A stretch of DNA of 63,924 nucleotides, counting the filler, from Aduncisulcus paluster (lineage: Eukaryota): NCBI GenBank assembly GCA_024181965.1. It is 46 parts of 46 records of this genome, joined end to end, with 100 filler letters (N's around TTAATTAATTAA, not from the genome) between each part and the next. Parts side by side here need not be neighbours in the genome. Positions count along the whole stretch, not along the records: positions 57,713 to 58,757 come from BQXS01001733.1; positions 58,858 to 59,973 come from BQXS01001737.1; positions 60,074 to 61,128 come from BQXS01001739.1; positions 61,229 to 62,795 come from BQXS01001740.1; positions 62,896 to 63,924 come from BQXS01001751.1; 41 more parts are not named here. The stretch is one strand, 5' to 3'. The notes beneath the pieces are model-generated. The model worked only from the letters and a program-made list of their open reading frames with translations. It searched no databases and was not told the origin of the DNA. The position numbers were made by a program, and so were the translations under genes. Below, in pieces: positions 57,802 to 63,924 of this stretch (positions are counted from its first letter, which is position 1; the number at the start of each line of letters is the position of its first letter).

Positions 57802-58757
57802 ATGACCGATATCGCGGAGATCACCGGCCCCAACAAGATCGGCCTCCTCAGCCTGGGCGCGTACCGCCCCGAACGCGTCGTCACCAATGAAGAGATCTGC
57901 GAGCACATCGAGTCCTCCGATGAGTGGATCTACACCCGCACCGGCATCAAAAGCCGTCGGTTTGCCGCCGACGATGAGTCCGCTCAGACCCTGGCCATTG
58001 AGGCGGGGCGTAAGGCCATCGCCAATGCCCTGCTCACCGGTGCCGAGATCGACGCGGTGATCGTCGGCACCAGCACTCACTACTTGCAGACGCCGGCATC
58101 CGCCCCGGCCGTCGCCACCGCACTGGGCGCCCAGGGTGTCCCTGCCTTCGATCTGTCGGCCGGCTGTGCCGGGTTCGGGTACGCGGTGGGCGTGGCGGGC
58201 GACATGATCCGCGGCGGCAGCGCCAGCAAGGTGCTGGTCATCGGTTCGGAGAAGCTCTCCCCCGCATTGGATATGACCGACCGCGGCAACTGCTTCATCT
58301 TCGGCGACGGGGCCGGCGCGGTGGTCGTCGGCGAGACCGCCGAACAAGGCATCGGCCCCACCGTGTGGGGCAGCGACGGCAGTCAGTCCAACGCCATCCG
58401 TCAGGACATCGACTGGATGNNNNNNNNNNNNNNNNNNNNCTGACGGCCCGCGCCCCTACCTGCGCATCGAAGGTACTTCGGTATTCCGTTGGGCTGCTTT
58501 CGAAATGGGCAAGGTTGGGCAGCGAGCCATGGAGGCCGCCAAGGTGGGGCCCGAACAGATCGACGTCTTCGTGCCGCATCAGGCCAACACGCGCATCAAC
58601 GAACTGTTGGCCAAGAATCTGCATCTGCGTCCGGATGCCGTCATTGCCAACGACATTGAGCACACCGGCAACACCTCGGCGGCATCGGTACCGCTGGCCA
58701 TGGAGACGCTACTGTCCACCGGTGCGGCCAAGCCCGGTGACCTGGCACTGCTCATCG
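57802..58757 (+). CDS. fabH: Beta-ketoacyl-ACP synthase III (mycobacterial)
   Basis: [38 protein letters not shown]. Confidence 0.95.
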
Positions 58758-58857
58758 NNNNNNNNNNNNNNNNNNNNNNNNNNNNNNNNNNNNNNNNNNN
58801 NTTAATTAATTAANNNNNNNNNNNNNNNNNNNNNNNNNNNNNNNNNNNNNNNNNNNN

Positions 58858-59973
58858 ATTGGACGAGATGGTATGTCTGCCATGAAAATCAAACTTGGAA
58901 TCGTGGATGTGCGTGGTTATCGTGAAAGAAGTGTACAGAACAGTGAAATCAAGTCAGTGTTACGTCGACTAGTGGACTGTGTGAAGCCAAACCGTGAAGA
59001 GAAGTCTGTTTATGCTGTCGTGCAAGACACTGTGAAGCGTGCTGTGAGTGAAACAAAGGAAAAAGACGAAGAATCTGAGTCAGATGACGTGAAACCGAGT
59101 AAGTTTGGTTTCCCTGACATTGCAGACATGAAAGATCTGTGCCATCGTGGTATTCCTTTACCGAAGCCTGGTGAGAAACGTGATCGTGTGTCTGTGTCTA
59201 AACCTAGTGTTTCAGTACCTGAGAAAGGGGTGTGGAGTTCTGCTAAGAAGCCCTCTGTTGAAGATTTGGTGAATGATGAAAGAATTAATGCTGTGTTTAC
59301 TGTGATGGGTGAAGATGTAACGGATGGAATTAGTGAAGCCCTTCAAAGTGTAGACAAAGTCACTATTGTAGATAAAGAACGTTTCGGTGGCTCTATTGCT
59401 AGAGTAAACGAAACTAAATGTTATTTTGATGTGATTGTGTCTATGTTGAAAGTGGTAAGTGGTTTATTCAGTGGTCTGGACGAAACTCCAGCAAATGTGG
59501 GAAAGTTTCGAATAGAACTTAGTGATCCTAGTGTTGTGATTAGTGAACCATATCGAAGAATTCGTCGTGATTGGGCCCAAGACATTTACAGCCAGCTGCT
59601 GGAAATGGAAAAGAAGAAAGTGATTCGGCCTAGTGTGACAGAACACCATTGTGCAACAGTGATCGTGCCTAAAAAGAATGGTAAATTGCGTCTGTGTGTG
59701 GATTATCGTCCCTTGAATCGTGTTACTAAAGGAATGGGACAAGTGTTACCATTGATAGATGATTTATTCCAGTTGATGGGTGGTACAAGATTCTATGCCG
59801 TGCTAGATTTGACGAGTGGATACTGGCAAGTGGAAGTGGAGGAGAGCAGCAAGAAATATACCAGTTTTGTTACTCAATTCGGCCAGTATGAGTTCAATCG
59901 ACTTCCTTTTGGATTGAAGAATGCGCCTCCATTCTTCCAGGAATGCATGAATCGTGTGTTGTATGGCCTCATT
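58858..59973 (+). mobile_element. Ty3/Gypsy LTR retrotransposon pol fragment (protease end, linker, RT N-terminal half)
   Basis: IGRDGM, VIVPKKNGKLRLCVDYRPLN, LPLIDDL, LDLTSGYWQV, FNRLPFGLKNAPPFFQ. Confidence 0.93.
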
Positions 59974-60073
59974 NNNNNNNNNNNNNNNNNNNNNNNNNNN
60001 NNNNNNNNNNNNNNNNNTTAATTAATTAANNNNNNNNNNNNNNNNNNNNNNNNNNNNNNNNNNNNNNNNNNNN

Positions 60074-61126
60074 TATATAGAAGCCGATAATATTTCTAGG
60101 ATATTCAGAGCAACTTATCTCCAATTGTTCCTGATCGTATCGGAATATCTTGCCCTTTATCACGGTGGATGACACGGATGACTTAAATTGCACAATTACC
60201 ATCTCATTATCAAAGAAGTAATATCTATCCTCTTTGAAGTTGATATCTGGGTAAGTTATCCTGGGCTGTTTAAGATGCAAGAATGGCAGTACTTCAGCGG
60301 CCAATTTGTGCTTTTGAGGGGTTGTGAGGAGCTTAGAATATACAGCCTTCACGTTCTTATTCAACCTTTCACCCACTTGAGCAGAATAATGGGACATTCT
60401 TCCACAGTCCTGGATCCATGACTTAAGATGAACAGGCAAATGAGGTGTCAACTTGCTGATCACCTTCCCAGCTGTAAAGGAGTTAGCCAAGACACAAAGC
60501 GGAGCCCAAACAGAACGATGGAGCCGGATAAGATGGAGAAGATCAGCAACTCCTTCAACATTATCAAGAACAGACATCGTGAGAACATACTCATCCAGTG
60601 CTGCCAAAGAAAAAAGAACATCAATAAACCTAAGATGATCATACTTAGATACCTTAACTGGCTTGACATCCTTTCTGCCTTGGCAAAGAGTGGGGGACAA
60701 CTTCGTGAGTGTTACAGGAAGCACATGTGCACGAGAAGCATTTGCAGAATGACGAGTAAAAGAACTACAACTACTACTACTGCTACTACTGCTAGTACTG
60801 CTACTACTGCTACTGCTTTTGTCACTGCCTGCTGAAGAACGTGAACTGGAAGAATAACCAGTGACAGTTGTATCCAAACTACTTGAATCAACATCACACT
60901 CTCCCACACGATGGAGTAAAGAGTCGACGTGAGCAGCATACCCCGTTGATGATCTTCCTCTACGCTGAGATGGCTTGTAAAGGAACGCAAAGGTATGGTT
61001 CTGCCGAGGAGGATGATGATCAAGTTCCCACATACAAGCAAGAGCATGGGTCCGAAACTCAGCGCAGTCGCTACCTGTCCTCCCACCCTTAGCCCTGGAC
61101 GAAGCACTTCGAAGACGAACTGAACA
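60074..61126 (-). CDS. Eukaryotic ORF, possible Plavaka/CMC-like DNA transposase C-terminal region with a poly-Ser insert
   Basis: Frame open across the fragment; HLPVHLKSWIQDCG...SAQVGERLNKNVKAVY fits H..H...I...G.....S....E..N...K..Y. Confidence 0.45.
60763..60815. repeat. Imperfect trinucleotide (CTA/CTG) microsatellite encoding poly-Ser on the minus strand
   Basis: Read directly. Confidence 0.85.
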
Positions 61127-61228
61127 CTNNNNNNNNNNNNNNNNNNNNNNNNNNNNNNNNNNNNNNNNNNNNTTAATTAATTAANNNNNNNNNNNNNNNN
61201 NNNNNNNNNNNNNNNNNNNNNNNNNNNN

Positions 61229-62226
61229 GAATCGCCGAAGTGATCGATGAGACCGCCGACTCCCGGTCCCTGGTCTTCGAGATTCCCGAGGATGCGGCCG
61301 ACAAGTTCGCGTACGCACCCGGCCAGTACCTCACATTGCGCATTCCGTCCGATCGCACTGGTTCCGTGGCGCGCTGCTACTCGCTGTCCAGTTCCCCGCA
61401 TATCGATGATCGGTTGACCGTCACGATCAAGCGCACCGCCAACGGCTACGGGTCCAATTGGATCTGCGATAACGCCCACGCCGGTATGCACATGCATGTC
61501 CTGGCACCGTCCGGGGTTTTCGTCCCTCGAGAGCTCGATCGCGATTTCCTGCTGCTGGCCGGTGGCAGCGGTATCACCCCGATGATGGCGATCTGCAAGT
61601 CCGCACTCTCGCAGGGCAGCGGCAAGGTAGTGCTGATCTACGCCAACCGCGATGAACAGTCGGTGATCTTCGGGGCGGCATTGCGTGAGCTGGCGGCCAA
61701 GTACCCCGATCGGCTGACTGTCATCCACTGGCTCGAATCGGTGCAGGGATTGCCGTCGCTACAGTCCCTGGCCACCCTGGCCGCGCCGTTCGCCGGCCAC
61801 GAGGCCTTCATCTGCGGTCCCGGGCCGTTCATGGATGCCGCGCAGGCCGCGCTCACGGGCAATGGCATGGCCGACGATCGCGTGCACGTCGAGGTTTTCC
61901 GTTNNNNNNNNNNNNNNNNNNNNNNNNNNNNNNNNNNNNNNNNNNNNNNNNNNNNNNNGGCCACCGTGGAACTGGACGGTGAGACTCACGAGGTCAGTTG
62001 GCCGCGCAGCACCGTGCTGCTGGACGTGCTGCTCGCCAAGGGCCTGGACGCGCCGTTCTCCTGCCGCGAGGGCCACTGCATGACCTGTGCCTGCATCCTC
62101 AAGAACGGCAAGGTCCGCATGCTGGTCAACGACGCGTTGTCCCAGAATGACATCGACGACGGGTACATCCTGGCGTGCCAGGCGGTTCCGGAGACCGACG
62201 ATGTCAACGTAACCTTCGACGAGTGA
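61229..62226 (+). CDS. Ferredoxin reductase with C-terminal 2Fe-2S domain (KshB-like), mycobacterial
   Basis: PGQYLTL, RCYSLSS, AGGSGITP, FICGPGPFM, CREGHCxxC. Confidence 0.9.
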
Positions 62227-62234
62227 GAGACCGC

Positions 62235-62672
62235 ATGGCTCGCGTCGTATGTGCCGCCGCACTGCTGATGACCGCCACAACCCTGATCACCCCGGTGCCC
62301 GCCAACGCCGAGGTCAAAACGGTCGACGTCAGCACTCCCGTCGACGATGGCCGCCAGCTGGAGGTTCACACCACCGCCGACTGCCGCAAGGCCGAGNNNN
62401 NNNNNNNNNNNNNNNNCCTATGGGTGCAGTGGGCCGACAACCCGAACACGGTGGAACACAACGGCGGTAGCACCTGGCTGCTCACCACCGTCTACTTCGG
62501 GGGCGGTGACACCGACCGCTTCCGCATCACCGGAACCACCCAACCCACCGACTGGGCGACCGGGCAACCCAAGCTCGACGCCGACTACATCGTGTGCAGC
62601 CACGTCGAAGCCAGTATCGGTGGCCGCAGCGTGATTTCACCCGATGCCTGCGCGCAGGCCCGATTCAGCTAG
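62235..62672 (+). CDS. Secreted hypothetical mycobacterial protein
   Basis: Signal peptide ending PVPANA; frame continues across the gap. Confidence 0.7.
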   Translation: MARVVCAAALLMTATTLITPVPANAEVKTVDVSTPVDDGRQLEVHTTADCRKAEXXXXXXXLWVQWADNPNTVEHNGGSTWLLTTVYFGGGDTDRFRITGTTQPTDWATGQPKLDADYIVCSHVEASIGGRSVISPDACAQARFS

Positions 62673-62680
62673 GCGTTTCG

Positions 62681-62756
62681 GTACGCATATGCGTACTGCC
62701 CGCCTCTATGCGACAACTCGTGGCCCGCGGCGGCCGCGCGCAAGTTGTCGCATAGA
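62681..62756. repeat. Perfect 16-bp palindrome plus a 14-bp-stem inverted repeat
   Basis: GTACGCATATGCGTAC (62681-62696); TCTATGCGACAACT / AGTTGTCGCATAGA (62705-62718 / 62743-62756). Confidence 0.85.
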
Positions 62757-62895
62757 CGTGGGCACTAGGTGTATGTGGCCCACGGGCCGTCCGAGNNNNN
62801 NNNNNNNNNNNNNNNNNNNNNNNNNNNNNNNNNNNNNNNTTAATTAATTAANNNNNNNNNNNNNNNNNNNNNNNNNNNNNNNNNNNNNNNNNNNN

Positions 62896-63924
62896 CCCCG
62901 TAGACATTGTCGTATCGTATTGGTGAGCTGGTCTGAGAGTAGCGTAGCTTGAGAGTGTTACGTGAATATGGGAGGTGAACCTCTTCCAAGGCTAAATATT
63001 AGTGTGAGACCGATAGAGTACGAGTAGCATGAGCGAAAGACACACGACGTTGAAAAAAGCGTCATCAATGAATCTGAAACCGTTATGGTGGAAGCGTAGA
63101 ACAGTGCGGGATTATTGTACTGCTTGGTGGGAGATGTGACTTTTTACGTCCTCACCTTGTGGGAACACGATGGGAGTTTCAGCTTCTTCGGTGGAGATAG
63201 ACAAGGTACCTAGAGGTGATCGTTGCTTGCAACATTATGTTCATCTTTGGGACTTATAGGTCTTTCTTTCATGGGGAGGATTGGAACTGAGGAACTTACT
63301 GCTTGTTTCCCTTGGGTTATAAGCGAGTCATCGTGAGCGGTGTTCTATGCCCCGTCTTGAAACACGGACCAAGGAGTCGTACTCTGCTGCAAGTCGGCGG
63401 GTGGTTAAAACCCTGTTTGGCGCAGTGAAAACAAAATTTCTCCAAGCTGTGATGTCCAGGCCTCCGTGCCTCGTCAAATATGGACTGCAACAGTGCCCGC
63501 AATCTTATACCTAAGGGTTTGATTGATGAGGTGGAGCAGTAGCGTACGGACCCGAAAGGCTGTGATCTTTGCCTGTCCGCGATGAAGCCAGGGGAAACCC
63601 TGGTGGAAGTCGTGAGTGTTCTTGGCCTGCGAACCAGTCACATGAGATGGGCAAAGGGGCGAAATACCCATCGAACAGCCTCGTAGCTGGTTCCCTCCGA
63701 AATTTGCCTAAGCAAAGCTGCCGTCGAAACGAGTTATGTCGGGTAAAGATAATGATTGGAAGTAACGGGGAAGCATCTTCCTTGTCTTACTCTCAAACTC
63801 TGAACTGGCATGAACCCTGGGTTGCATAATTGAACCTTTGAATGGGATTGAATCGCGGAAGACGGTTAGTGGGCCCCTCTTGGTAAGCAGGATGGGCAAT
63901 GCGGGATGAACCGAACGTTCGAGT
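62896..63924 (+). rRNA. Eukaryotic 28S rRNA fragment (D2 region onward), overlapping the 52899 fragment
   Basis: CAAGGCTAAATA..GAGACCGATAG; 63272-63924 matches 52899-53551 except two substitutions. Confidence 0.95.

Noticed and set aside
58858-59973. Alternative nuclear genetic code (TAA/TAG = Gln) in the protist
   Set aside because: Long eukaryotic ORFs are open under the standard code and use CAA/CAG; no in-frame TAR at conserved positions was seen

Overview
This window is not one locus. It is 46 short (about 1-2 kb) unrelated scaffolds joined by 45 artificial 100-bp spacers (N44-TTAATTAATTAA-N44, stops in all six frames), so gene neighbourhood is meaningful only within a fragment. Five sources can be recognised: (i) AT-rich Campylobacterota (Arcobacter/Sulfurimonas-like: rlmB, norDQ, soxA, tgt-gatC, fliR-flhB, feoB, fabD, panD-ybaB-ispA, an orphan Rhs toxin/immunity cassette with a decayed IS3, a TA pair); (ii) Bacteroidota (GLPGLI plus C39-like protein, glycosyltransferases, S9 peptidase); (iii) GC-rich Mycobacteriaceae (mce, era, gluCD, pnt, fabH, kshB-like); (iv) GC-rich Alphaproteobacteria, Bradyrhizobium-like (alaS, pntB, filamentous haemagglutinin); and (v) a divergent microbial eukaryote (18S 5' end, ETS, 28S pieces, Ty3/Gypsy RT and integrase, a possible DNA transposase, an OTU-like ORF). 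The most interesting signal is two separate eukaryotic fragments (28742-29906 on +, 34954-36611 on -). Each carries the C-terminal restriction-like endonuclease of a non-LTR retroelement; the two proteins are divergent, yet both are followed by the same ~550-nt non-coding architecture: two AGTG-N8-CACT palindromes, TTCCC-A12-15, a ~183-nt pyrimidine-rich spacer, a long nested hairpin of different sequence, AATAAAC, then a tandem array of related 18-bp or 17-bp units. All calls come from motif reading; no database searches were run.
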